A stretch of DNA of 64,000 nucleotides from Felis catus. Its lineage: Eukaryota. The number at the start of each line of letters is the position of its first letter. Position 1 is the stretch's first letter. A model generated the notes under the pieces. The model had not been told where the DNA came from, made no database searches, and worked only from the letters and a program-made list of their open reading frames with translations. Below are positions 48,126 through 59,094 of this stretch, piece by piece. The DNA lies in contig NC_058383.1 in the NCBI RefSeq assembly GCF_018350175.1, positions 27,344,001-27,408,000 on the forward strand, given 5' to 3'. A program made the position numbers and the translations under genes.

Positions 48126-48467
48126 CAGCGCCCGCGCGGGCAGTGCCCCCCGGCTGGCCGGCTGCTGCGCCCGGGGTTCTCCGGGGCCGCCTCCCCGCGC
48201 CCGCGCCGGGGGCCCCCGTCCTCCTCCGCCGCCGCCGCCGCCGCCTCGGGCTGCGGCCGGCCCGGCGGGCAGGTCCCGACGCTCCCGGCGCGGGGCCGCC
48301 TGCTCCGCGCCGCCGGCCGCTGCGCCCCCGCGGCGCTCCCCGGCCCCGGAGTCGAGGCTGCTGAAATTCCACACGACCAGCGTCTGCAGCAGCAGCACGG
48401 TGAGCGCCGCGAGCAGCGCCGAGTGCGAGCGCCGGGCCAGCCTCCGGGCGCACGGCGCCGCCACCAT
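48126..48467 (-). CDS. XYLT1: Xylosyltransferase I, coding part of exon 1 (114 codons: cytoplasmic tail, type II TM anchor, start of Gly/Pro-rich stem)
   Basis: Translation [48 protein letters not shown]...PARAL is recognisably the XYLT1 N-terminus. ATG is in strong Kozak context (gaagATGG). The exon ends at canonical donor CTG|GTAAGA (GTAAG = 48125-48121), phase 0, 342 bp, inside a CpG island. Confidence 0.96.
48219..48245 (-). repeat. Coding (GGC)6(GGA)3 repeat = Gly9 tract in the XYLT1 stem
   Basis: Plus strand (TCC)3(GCC)6; codons 75-83. Confidence 0.95.
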
Positions 48468-48577
48468 CTTCGGAGCGCGGCGGGCGAGCGGGGCGCGGGG
48501 ACCCCGGGCGCTCCGGGCCGCCCCCGCGCTCCCCGCGGCTCCCGCGGCCGCCGGCTGCCGCTCGGGCTCGCGCTCGG

Positions 48578-48649
48578 GCCGCCGCCGCCGCCGCCGCCTC
48601 GGCTCGCCGCTGCTCCTCCTCCTCCGCCGCCGCCGCCGCCGCCGCCGCC
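48578..48649 (-). repeat. Compound trinucleotide repeat upstream of the XYLT1 ATG: (GGC)8, (GAG)4, spacer, (GGC)7
   Basis: Plus strand (GCC)7 at 48578-48598, (CTC)4 at 48613-48624, (GCC)8 at 48626-48649. Confidence 0.95.
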
Positions 48650-49399
48650 TCCACCGCCGCGGCGCGGAGTTTTCAGACGGGCAGGGACCCGGACGTCACC
48701 AGGAGGAGGGGAAGGCGGGGGGAGGCGGGGAGCGGGAGGCCGCGGAGGGGGCCGCCGGGCGCGCGCGCTCGGGGAGGGGGCGCGCAGGGCGGGCGGGGGC
48801 CTGGCCCGCGGGGCTCCCCCACCCCCCGCGCCCGCACAGCCCCCGGCTGGCGGAGGGGGTGGTGGCGGGCCGGGGGCCCGGGGGCCCGGGGGGGGGCGGT
48901 GGGGGGGGGAACGCGGGCCGGGGTGGCGAGGGGCGGGGCCTGGGGGCGGAGCGAGGGAGGAAAGAGGAGGAGGGAAAGGAAGGGGGTGGGGGCGAGCAGA
49001 GAGGTCAGACACCCTCCACGGCAAGAGTCGCGGCGGGGTGGGGGAGAAGGGGACAGTTTCCACGACACAGGGAGAGAGGGGAGGGCAGAAGAGCAGGGGA
49101 AGCTTTGGGTGACGGTGCGCCCGCTCAGAATCCAGGGGAGGTCAGGGAGATCTGGGGGTCCTGAGACCCTGCCTCCCACGAGGGAAGCAAGCACGAGGCC
49201 GCTGAGCGGAGCGGGCTCCCCGCCCAGGAGTTTGCAGTCCAGGTGTCTTCCACGGGCACACAGACGGCTGGGCAGGTGGAGACGTGAGAAACGCATCAGG
49301 AGTGTCAGAGCCGCGGGAGGGTCTCACGCGGCGGATCCCTGGATCCCTGGCTTGAAGGGGCAGGGAGGAGGCTATGAATGAGTTTCTGTGAGTGGCTCC

Positions 49400-49454
49400 T
49401 GAGTCACACCCCACCCTCCAGAGCCAGCGATGTACTAAGTGCTTCCCTGAGTCA
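49400..49454. promoter_or_regulatory. Two consensus AP-1 (TRE) sites
   Basis: TGAGTCA at 49400-49406 and 49448-49454, both within an identical CCTGAGTCAC; a third, TGACTCA, at 49832-49838. Confidence 0.6.
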
Positions 49455-52199
49455 CTTCTCTGGTCCCTAAGGACAAACAAGCCAAGAGACTCCAAACCCA
49501 GTTGGCGAGCGAGGGCTTTGGTTGGGAAGGGAGCACCCACTGGAGCAGTGTCTCAACCTTGAAAGGCTGCAAGCTTCCAGGTCTGGCCGCTGAGCCTTCC
49601 GCCAGTCTTTCTTCCCATCCGTCCAGAAGCCTACCTTCCTGTCTGTGCGGGGTTCAGCTTCTGGGGGGCACGGGTCTTGCCTTGTAAAGTGGAGTTCCTT
49701 CCCATCCCGGCTGGACGGTCCCAGTGACCTTGAGCGAGGAGGACTCCTCCCAGGGCCCGAGCTTCCCTGTCTGTCAATGAGATTTTAGACTGATGAGCCC
49801 AACGGACTCAAGTTTCATCCCCAGCCTTCTCTGACTCAGTCTTTCCACTCTTTCCCTCCCTTGTCCTCTCGCCCAGGGCTTTATACACGGCAGCCCTGAA
49901 CCCATGGTGAGCAGAGAGAGGGAGTGGGTGTCCCGGACAGGCCTTAGCACTATGAGAAGACAGTAGCAGAGCAAATCCCCGGTTTGTAAATTGGGGACGC
50001 AGGGGCGAATGCTTTGCATCTTGTCTGCGGTGCTTTGAAACCTCATCCTAATTTTTAAAGAGAAGAAAGTACAGGAATAAACAGGATCCATCAGAGAGGG
50101 AGGCAGAGAGGGGAAAAACATGGTTTCATCCACTGGTCAAGAATCCGTGAACATCAGACTTGTGTCACACACGGGGCCAGGTGCAGGGATCCAAAGGCAA
50201 GGCTTAGTCTCCCCTTCAGCAAGCTTGGAGTCCAAAGGGGATCCCGATGTAGGTGTTGGTCATTAAAAAGCAGTGAGGTCAGTGTGATTTGAGAGAGATG
50301 CACAGAGTGCTATTGGTTCCTGAGGGTGGGGTGGGAGTGACCTCCTAGAAAATGCTTTCTGGACCCATATAACAAACCAACCCACTTCCCTGAACCGAGA
50401 GTGTAAACGACCAGCTAGCGGGGAGTCTCAAACTGCAGACTAGACTCAGCCTTCGGAATATCTGCAGCCTGCCCAGGCCTGTGGAAAGGCACAGAGGCAG
50501 ACCTTTGGGTTCAGCCCACCTAACCAGGAGCGAGATAGAAGAAGAGGCAAGCTCTTTGGCCTTCTGCCATCTATTTATCATTTGGGAGTATTTTGGTTAT
50601 CATTAATAAAAATCTCTGTTCCAACTGTCTTAAAAATAGAGTGGACTGGATCATGTAACTGATTATTTTAGAGTAAAGACATCAGGCATCAGGTGAGGTT
50701 TGATCCAGCAACTCAGAATGATGACCTAGAATTCCTTTTCTTTCCCATCTCTGCTCTCTGCCTTTCATGGGGTCTGTTTCATCCTGAGGCTCTCTCTTCA
50801 TGTCACAACATCAGTTGCTGAGACTACTTGTATCCTTTGTTCATCTGTAGCCCAGAGGAAGGAGGGTCACTGTTTCCCAGCATTCTCCTCAAAGGTGCAG
50901 AGATCCTCTCTGATTGAACTAGTATTAGGTCACAGGTCACCCCTAACCAAGCAAGGTAGCCAGGAGCATGGAATGTGCTGATCAGCTGGGCCGAGGTCCC
51001 ATACACCATCGTGGGCACTGGGGAGAAGCTAGCTTCCCTGCAACTACCCGGATGTTCTACAGGGATGATGGTCTTATGGGCAGGAGGGCAGTCGTACAGG
51101 AGAGGCAGGCACCGTCATCTATCCCATGCGGCCACGATGTTGCATGACTTTGGGCAGGTCACTCCCCTCCAAATAATTTGGTGTCTTCAGTGCCAAATGA
51201 TGGATTGGATGAGATAGATGGGCCCCAGCATCATCATGTCATGTCCCCAGAACTCTTCCTTGGTGTCGAAACAGAGCTCTCCAATCCCATCAGAGGCTGC
51301 CCTGGGGACTCTTGGCATCGGCTCCCTCCAGCCTGTCTCTGCTTCAAGGTCTCTGCTGCATTTTCCTCTAAACAGCAACGATGTTATCTGCTTCCTGCAC
51401 GTGACACGTTTAACCATGGCCTTCTGGGGCCCATGCTTTGGTTCAGCTCCCCTGGGGGCCACAGGCTGAAAGAGTGAGGTTAAAGATCCAGGCCTCCCAG
51501 TCCCTGGAGAGAGAGAGAGAGTTGTTTGTTTATCTGAACTCATAAAAAGCCATGCAAGAAAGAGGTTTAAAAGCTCTGGGCAGGTTATGGATGCCATAAA
51601 CAGCTTATGTGAGGTTTTCAGGATGAAAAATCACCTGAGATAGAAGGGCAGGAAGGCGAGCCACTAGGGTCGCCGAGATTATCTTCCTGCCCCAAGACAG
51701 ACAGACAGCACCTGGGGCATCTACACAGAGCTTGATGTAGAAGACGGGGCTGAAATACTCCAGCAGCAGCAGCCGTGACAACAGCAGCAAGTCTCTTTAG
51801 AATTTTTAAAGCTCATTCAGTCATTCAACACAGATATATTGGACCCTATTATGCGCCAGGAACCACGCTGGGCAAGAGAAAAATAGATATTAAGAAGATT
51901 CCCTAAGGAATTTTTTCTTTTTAAATACGGTTCTTATTCTCATGTTAACTGAGAGCCAGAGCTCTAAGGAAGTTCCAACTGATTTGTGGGATTCCCTCCA
52001 CAACCCCACACCCATTTCTTGTTTGATCATCACTTTCAAATGAGGGGAGAGATCAGTCAGCAATTAGTTCCGAGCTGTTGGGTGTGCCCAGCACTGCTGG
52101 AGACTAGGAGGGAAATCAGGGAAGAGGGGTCTTCACCCTCAAGGTGCCCAGGTCTGCTGCTTTTTAACTGAGACTTCTGGCATCCATTGTTTACCTTCT

Positions 52200-52345
52200 C
52201 TATGCCTCAGTTTCCTCATCTGTAAAATGGGGGGTATTAATAGGGCCTTTCTCATAGATTTCTCAGAAGGACTAGATGAGATAACGCATATACAGGGTTT
52301 TTGTATAGAGACCGGAACATAATAAGTGCTCAGTAAATGTTAGGT
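52200..52345. mobile_element. MIR core (one of many; similar remnants near 3070, 5840, 9480, 16620, 19700, 22025, 25090, 26270, 26750, 27530, 36190, 42360, 42960, 43400)
   Basis: GCCTCAGTTTCCTCATCTGTAAAATGGG core. Confidence 0.75.
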
Positions 52346-53883
52346 ATTTTTCATTTCGTTAACAAACAGTAGGAAAGTGTCAATTATGAGTTTCCATAGG
52401 TATCGGGGGGTGGGGGGAAGGTAGTCTGGGAAAGCTGCCTGGAGGAAGCAGCACTAAATCTAGTCCTCCATTTTGACAAAAGACTAAGTCCCCCCAAGGG
52501 CAAGGACCTCTTCTCTCTCTGGTACTTTGCATAGTGCAGGGCACAGAGTAAACTCCGGGCATAGAATAAACACCAGCTGGTGGATTAGAGCCTGGTGCTT
52601 ACAAGTGCTTCGCAGAACCCATAACTATCTGAGCAACTTTTTGGCTGTGTGATTTTACGCAAGTTGCTTAACATTACCGAACCTCATTATTCCAGTCCAT
52701 AAAAGATGAAGAAAAATAATACTTCTGTCCTAAGGCTGTTGGGGAGAGGGATCAGGGTAGAGTATAAAACAGAGTGTCCTTTATTTCATGTAAAATATTG
52801 GCACTGGCCAGTGGCAGCACTCAAGGAACGTTAGCCTGCTCATGTTGGCAGGCTGGTCTGTAAAGAAATGCTCTCCCCTTCTCTACTCCTCACAGAAGGT
52901 ACCAGAGAGCTAGGGCATGACATGCCTTCTGAATTTAGATAAACTTCAGCCTAAGAGTCAAATGTAGTCAAATACATGGTTTTTTTTTTTAATCTTAATT
53001 TGTCTTAATCTTAATGTGTCTGTTTCTTTTTGGTTTATTAGAGCCTGTTTTGACCCAGGCTCTGTTGTGACCCTGACTTTGCTCTTAAAAAATTTAACAC
53101 CTCTCCCTTGGTTTCACTTCAACATCACACAGACATCATATGGGTCACCTGTTTGGCAGTGTTAGTGGGAGGATGCACAGAATGTGGTCGCATCCTAGGC
53201 ATCTCTGATTCTCTCAGACAAGCACATGCAAAGCACCGTGGTCCCTGGGCACATGGAGGTCAGAGGAGCCAGGATGCCGAAAGCCACCCCTGGCCCGCCG
53301 AAGCATGTGAGGTCACAAGCACGCCTCACCTGTACTCCCCCCCCCCCCCCACTCCACCCAAGAAAAGGAAATAGTCTCTGGTCAGACCACAGACACAGGC
53401 AGGCAGCATGTCCTGCCAGACAGACACCCAGCTGTGCTTCTGACACAGGCTGCTTTCCCAGGGAATCGTCCACCCGGTGTATCAGCAGAGGGAGCTCTAG
53501 GTAGCAAATAACTTTCCTCTGGCCGCAGACTTTCCCACAGAAAAGATCTGAAGACAGCAAGGAAAAGGAGGGGTCCCTAAGCGGAGCTGGCATCCATTCT
53601 GTGCAGAAGGAACCCCCAGCCGTTGGCAAGGGTAGCAGGTGTGGGGCGGGGCTGGGGGTGATGGAGGAGAGGAGGAGACACCTGCTTGAAGAAAGGACGC
53701 ATGAAAAACCAGAAACCACCATACTGTCGGCAGGATTATCTGACCTTGCCCGGCACCAGCCCTCCGACCCCTGAGCTCTCACAGCCTGAAGCCTACCCTG
53801 CAACGCTGTGCTGTTTGAAAGAAGGACCCACTCCAGGTCCATCGTGGCAGGCATCTTTTCTTTTTCTTTAAAGTAACTGTTTA

Positions 53884-54088
53884 GGGTCCCCTGCTTGGCT
53901 CAGTCGGTTAAGCGTCTGACTCCTGATTTCAGCTCAGGTCATGATCTCACAGTTCATGAGACTGAACCCTGCGTCAGGCTCTGTGCTGACAGCATGGAGC
54001 CTGTTTGGGATTCTCTCTCTCCCTCTCGCTCTCTGCCACTCCCCCCTCTCAAAATAAATACATAAACTTTAAAAAATAAAATAAAAAA
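53884..54088 (+). mobile_element. SINEC SINE
   Basis: TGGCTCAGTCGGTTAAGCGTCTGACT head and A-tail. Confidence 0.88.
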
Positions 54089-55042
54089 TGGTGGTGGTGA
54101 TGATAATGGAGATAGAGCTAATATTCATTGAGCACTTACTATGTGCCAAGTCCTATATTCAGGACTACACCAGATATTTACTGAGAACCTACCTGATGCC
54201 CAGGACAGTGCTCATGCTGAGGATACAGCAGTGGAGGGGGGCACAGCTGGGCCCTGTCCTCATGGGACTTACATTCTCGTGGGCAGGCAGGGCTGAGACC
54301 AGTTACTTACGTGCACAAGGAACACCAGAGAGCCATGAGCCCTCTGCTAGTGACAACAATGGGCCCGTCAGGGCTGGTCCCTCCCTCATGGACGGAAGGC
54401 CACTGGAGTGTTTCATACGCTGTCTCACAAATCGCGACTTTTAGAGGGCTGAGATTCTTTCCACACACCAAGCATCATCTGTTGGGCGAATAAATAACAG
54501 GAGCTCTATGTTTTCGTATATATGCCATTGGGATGTATAAGTGAAAAATGCTGCTTAATTCATAGCAGGTGTTCTGTCATTTTGGATTTTCTCAAACCCT
54601 GGTTAACAAAGACTCATCTTACTGGTGGTGTAGTATACGGAATGGGTCAGGAAAAATTCCATAAAAAAAGAGAAAAAATTAAAAAGATACCATCTTACCA
54701 AAAAAAAAAAAAAAGGCTTGGGAGGAGCTGCTGCATTAAATCACAAGTATCGTTTGTCCAAATATCCTTTTATTTTATTAATCTACTCTCAGCCCTCTAG
54801 AAGGCTTTCCACGTGACTGAAGTTTCCACCTAGCCCTGTATCCCTGCATTGGTAGGTTCAGCCTCGTCCTCACAAATTCATCGTCCCCATCTTGTTTGCA
54901 GACTCTGTTCTGCACCATCTCAACCCATATTTCAGCTACTGGGATTACTCAGTGTCTTGTCTTCCGAATATCTTTTTGCTTGTAGACCTCAGGAATCCAC
55001 TCCAAAAAGACTTAAGGGAAAAGGTAGTTTATTGAAAGCATA

Positions 55043-55530
55043 ATCAAATATGCTGGAGTCTGCAGACTGCCTACGAAATATCCATTGTTCCCTTCTTCCT
55101 TGGCCAAGAATCTTGATTTATTTAGGGTGACGGTGTGCCCAAACAAAGCAATGGTTCCCAGCTTTCCTAGCCGTTAAGGATGATCTAAGAAAGAGCAGAA
55201 AACATCATTGTGAAGCTTCCAAGAAATCCTTTGGGAGAGGGTGCTAAATTGGGTGGGATGAGTGCCCTTTCTGTCTGGAATGCAGGAAGGATAGCTGGAA
55301 CTCCAGCAGCCAGCTTGTGTCCATGAGGATAGAAGCCAGTGCTAGAGACGATGCGCTAGCAAGACAGAAACAGCCTAGGTCCCCGATACTTTCTGATCTG
55401 CTGTATGTGGCCTACCCTTGAACTGCTTTTCAAACCTGAGAGTGAACCTCCCACTGATCGAAGCCACTCAGGGTGGGTTTCTGTTTCCATATCCGGTATG
55501 CTGAGGTGTGTGGTGACATTGAACCATTTA
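55043..55530 (+). mobile_element. MLT1-like ERVL-MaLR LTR
   Basis: GCTGGAACTCCAGCAGCCAGCTTG..CCATGAGG and GAAGCCACTCAGGGTGGGTTTCTGTT motifs. Confidence 0.55.
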
Positions 55531-56088
55531 CCTGAACGAGGGCCAGGGATGGAGATAAGCCTTGGGAAGAGCTGGACCCAGAGACCCCAACATGCAAGCC
55601 AGGTGCTTCAGCCCCTGCCTCTGCTTCTCTCCGAGCGCTTGAGTGATTCTCATGGCAGAGCAACGCTCTCCACGTATAAGAAACGCAGTTGCCACAGCTC
55701 CTGAGGGTCACATGCCACAGCCACCACAAAGGACAGAATCGCCCTCCACGACCGTGGGCCTCAAGCAGACCCTCGATACTGCCCTACCACCGCACATTCT
55801 GCTAGTCTACACACCCTCCCGGGCCTTAGGCCACATGTTCGGACGCCCTCCACTTCCTGGGCCTCCTCTCCTTTTCGCCCTTGCCTGGGCCTCATTTCCC
55901 CACTCCCCTGCTTGGAGTGCTGAGTGAGTGCTGATGGACAAACCACCCTGGCTCCTGCCGGAGGGCCCCTCCTGCACTTGCCCAGGGGCCACACCCCACG
56001 TACGGATGGCTCCAACTCCATCCAACTCGTGGTTCCCTCCACCATCCAAACTTACTGCTGCTTCTCTGGTTAAAAACAAACACAAATA

Positions 56089-56290
56089 GGGGCGCCTGGG
56101 TGGCTCAGTCGGTTGAGCGTCCGACTTCGGCTCCCATCATGATCTCACGGTCTGTGAGGTTGAGCCCCACCTCGGACTCTGTGCTGACAGCTCAGAGCCT
56201 GGAGCCTGCTTCGGACTCTGTGTCTCCCTTTCTCTCTGCCCCTCCCCTACTCTCTCTCTCTCTCAAACATAAATAAACATTAAAACAAAC
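56089..56290 (+). mobile_element. SINEC_Fc-type SINE
   Basis: TSD AAACAAACACAAATAG on both flanks. Confidence 0.9.
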
Positions 56291-56499
56291 AAACAAACAC
56301 AAATAGCCCTCTCTTGGCCCCACTTCCCTCTCCAGCATCCTCCCCAAGTTTCTGTTCCCTTCCCAGCGCATGGCTGCAAAACAATTAACTTAGGGTCTCC
56401 CGTTTGCCCTAAATCAGGCCTATGCTCCCTGCCCACCAGATTCACACACTCTGAAGCTGCTCGGAAGCTCTGCATACCCCTCGCCTCCCGAGCTACTCC

Positions 56500-56925
56500 C
56501 CTGCCCCTGACTCCCTTCTGGTCTGGGACACACCAGGCAGGCCCACGTCACTGCAATGCCCTGGCTCTTCCTTCTGTCTGCAGGGCTCTTCCCCCGGGGT
56601 ACCTGCATGCCTCACCCTGCCCCTGACCTTGGCCAAGCTTCTGCACAAAGGACCCCTTCTCAGCTAAGCCTTTCCTGACCATCCCAATGAAACTGCACTG
56701 CCCGAGCCAGCACCCCTGATTGCCCGGTGCTTGGTGCTGTTGTTTTCTATAAATCACTGATCATAGTTTTAGGTTTGATGTCTGTCTCCCTCCCCACCCC
56801 CGACTAGATCACATGCTCCCTGAGGGTAGGTTTTGTCTGTTTTGTTCACTGCCCCATCCCCAGCACTAAGCACCTGGCACATAGTAGGTGTTTAATTAAA
56901 TTTTGCTGGATCAGTGAATGAATCA
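56500..56925. mobile_element. L2 3' remnant
   Basis: CTCCCTGAGGGTAGG..TGTTCACTG...CCTGGCACATAGTAGGTG...TGAATGAAT. Confidence 0.6.
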
Positions 56926-57302
56926 TTTTCTCAGTCATAGTCCAGAAACATCTCAGCAAAGGGTGATCATTATCCTGGCTTAAGTCTGGCCCTCCCATGG
57001 GAGCCACTGATTGTAGCTCCAGAAAGAGAGTCCCTAAGAAGAGAGGGAACCCACACTAGCCATGCAACGGGGGGCCGTTTGCAGGAGAGGAAATTCGGTC
57101 ATGCCCTATGTGTCAGACGCAGGGTGACAGTTGAGAACGAGCCTCTGGATACAAAGCACCCTGGTTTGAATCTACTTCTTAACTCTGGGGATTGGGCAAA
57201 TTTTTTCCCATCCCTGCTCCTTCTGGGAGGACATCTCACCCTTCTCCTAGGATGGTCATAATGCTCAAACCAATGATTTCATGGTACCAAGCACTTGGAG
57301 CA

Positions 57303-57676
57303 GGGCGCTTGGGTGGCTCAGCCAGTTAAGCGTCTGACTCAAAAAAAAATTTTTTTTTAACTTTTATTTTATTTTTTGAGAGACAGAGAGAGACAGAGCA
57401 TGAGCAGGGAAGGGGCATAGAGAGGGGGAGACACAGAATCCGAAGCAGGCTCTAGGCTCCGAGCTGTCAGCACAGAGCCTGACGCAGGGCTGGAACCCAT
57501 GAACGTGAGATCATGACCTGAGCCAAATGGGATGCTCAATCCGCCGAGCTAGCCAGGCGCCCCAAGCATCCAACTCTTGATCTCAGCTCAGGTCTTGATC
57601 CCAGGGTGGTGAGTTCAAGCCCTTTGTTGGGCTCCACACTGGGTGTGAACCCTACTTCAACAAACAAACTAACAAA
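57303..57676 (+). mobile_element. Short-type SINEC interrupted by an antisense SINEC_Fc (57341-57563, minus)
   Basis: Outer head 57303-57340, resuming at 57564. Diverged TSD AAGCGTCTGACTC / AAGCATCCAACTC. Confidence 0.85.
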
Positions 57677-58382
57677 AACACTTAGAGCAATGCCAAGCAT
57701 TCAGTACAAAACCGAACACCGTTAGAAAGACAATAGGAACTTGAGAAAATAAATACATATATATCTGAAGAAATCAATACACTTGTTTTCCCTATCAAGC
57801 AGATAAATAGAAGTAAGAATAAGTAAAGGCATGGAGAAATTGTATTGTGCAACCTACAGACTCAATTTAGTAGATCTATACAGAAACATGCTTACCTTAA
57901 CAGAAAATAAATATATTTTCTAAAATCCATGGAATCTGCCATACACAATGGACATAAGAAAGCCTCAACAAATAAAAGAGACTTTTCTCAAGCCAAATTC
58001 TCTCCGATAATAATCTGGTAATGTTAGAAATACCTATTTTTCTAACTTAAAAATTGAGAAACATAATTCTAGACAACAAAAATTCAATCTTTTTTACAGC
58101 AATAAATAAGAGAACACGTTGTAATAGAATCCATTGAATATAACAAAAGCTGTAGTCAGAGGAAAATTAATAGACTTCAGTGCCTTCATTATAAAGAATG
58201 ACTAATAAAACAACAAGGGAAATGGTTATAAACCCCAGGAGGTTAGAATGAGAACAAAATAAACTAAAAGAAATTCTGAATAGAAAACTAATAATGATAG
58301 AAGCTGGAAGTAATGGAATAGAAAGCATATGTAGCAGAGAGGAAAATAAACTCAAAAGCTCATTTTTAAAAATACCAGATTG

Positions 58383-58625
58383 GGGGCGCCTGGGTGACTC
58401 AGTCCGTTAAGCGTCCAACTCCTGGTGTCGGCTCAAGTCATGATCTCGCACTTTCGTGGGTCCGAGCCCCGTGTCAGGCTCTGTGCTGGCAGTGGAGCCT
58501 GCTTGGGATTCTCTGTCTCCCTCTCTCTTTCTCTCTCTCTCTCTGCCCCTCCCCCATCGTGCTGTGTCTCTCTCTGTCTCAAAAATAAATGAACGTTAAA
58601 AAAAAATTTTTTTTTTTTAAAAAGA
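58383..58625 (+). mobile_element. SINEC SINE
   Basis: Full body and A-tail. Confidence 0.9.
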
Positions 58626-58628
58626 GGG

Positions 58629-58879
58629 GGGGCACCTGGGTGGCTCAGTCGGTTAAGCATCCGACTTCAGCTCAGGTCATGATCTCATAGCTTGTGGGTT
58701 TGAGCCCCGCATTGGGCTCTGTGCTGACAGCTCAGAGCCTGGAGCCTGCTTCGGATTCTGTGTCTTTCTCTCTCTCTGCCCCTCCCCTGCTCACACTCTT
58801 TTCCTCTCTCTCTGCCCCTCCCCTGCTCATGTCTCTCTCTGTCTCTCAAAAATGAATAAATATTAAACAAATTTTTTAA
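58629..58879 (+). mobile_element. SINEC_Fc-type SINE with internal duplication of CTCTCTCTGCCCCTCCCCTGCTCA
   Basis: Motif at ~58768-58793 and ~58804-58829. Confidence 0.9.
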
Positions 58880-59094
58880 TTTTTTTTTTCAACGTTTTTA
58901 TTTATTTTTGGGACAGAGAGAGACAGAGCATGAACGGGGGAGGGGCAGAGAGAGAGGGAGACACGGAATCGGAAACAGGCTCCAGGCTCCGAGCCATCAG
59001 CCCAGAGCCTGACGCGGGGCTCGAACTCCGGGACCGCGAGATCGTGACCTGGCTGAAGTCGGACGCTTAACCGACTGCGCCACCCAGGCGCCCC
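58880..59094 (-). mobile_element. Young SINEC_Fc inserted antisense into the tail of the preceding SINE
   Basis: CpG-rich body; perfect 16-bp TSD TAAACAAATTTTTTAA at 58864-58879 and 59095-59110. Confidence 0.93.

Larger units (their letters stand above)
47700..49340. promoter_or_regulatory. CpG island / TATA-less GC-box promoter and 5' UTR of XYLT1
   Basis: Extreme GC and CpG density against a CpG-depleted background. Multiple GGGCGG Sp/KLF boxes (e.g. ~48787-48799, ~48930-48940), CRE-like GGACGTCA at 48691-48698, no obvious TATA box. Confidence 0.9.

Noticed and set aside
47790..49164. Long plus-strand ORFs of 440 and 394 aa across the CpG island
   Set aside because: Non-ATG (GTG) starts and low-complexity Pro/Gly/Arg/Ala content; an expected shadow of extreme GC content antisense to XYLT1 exon 1.
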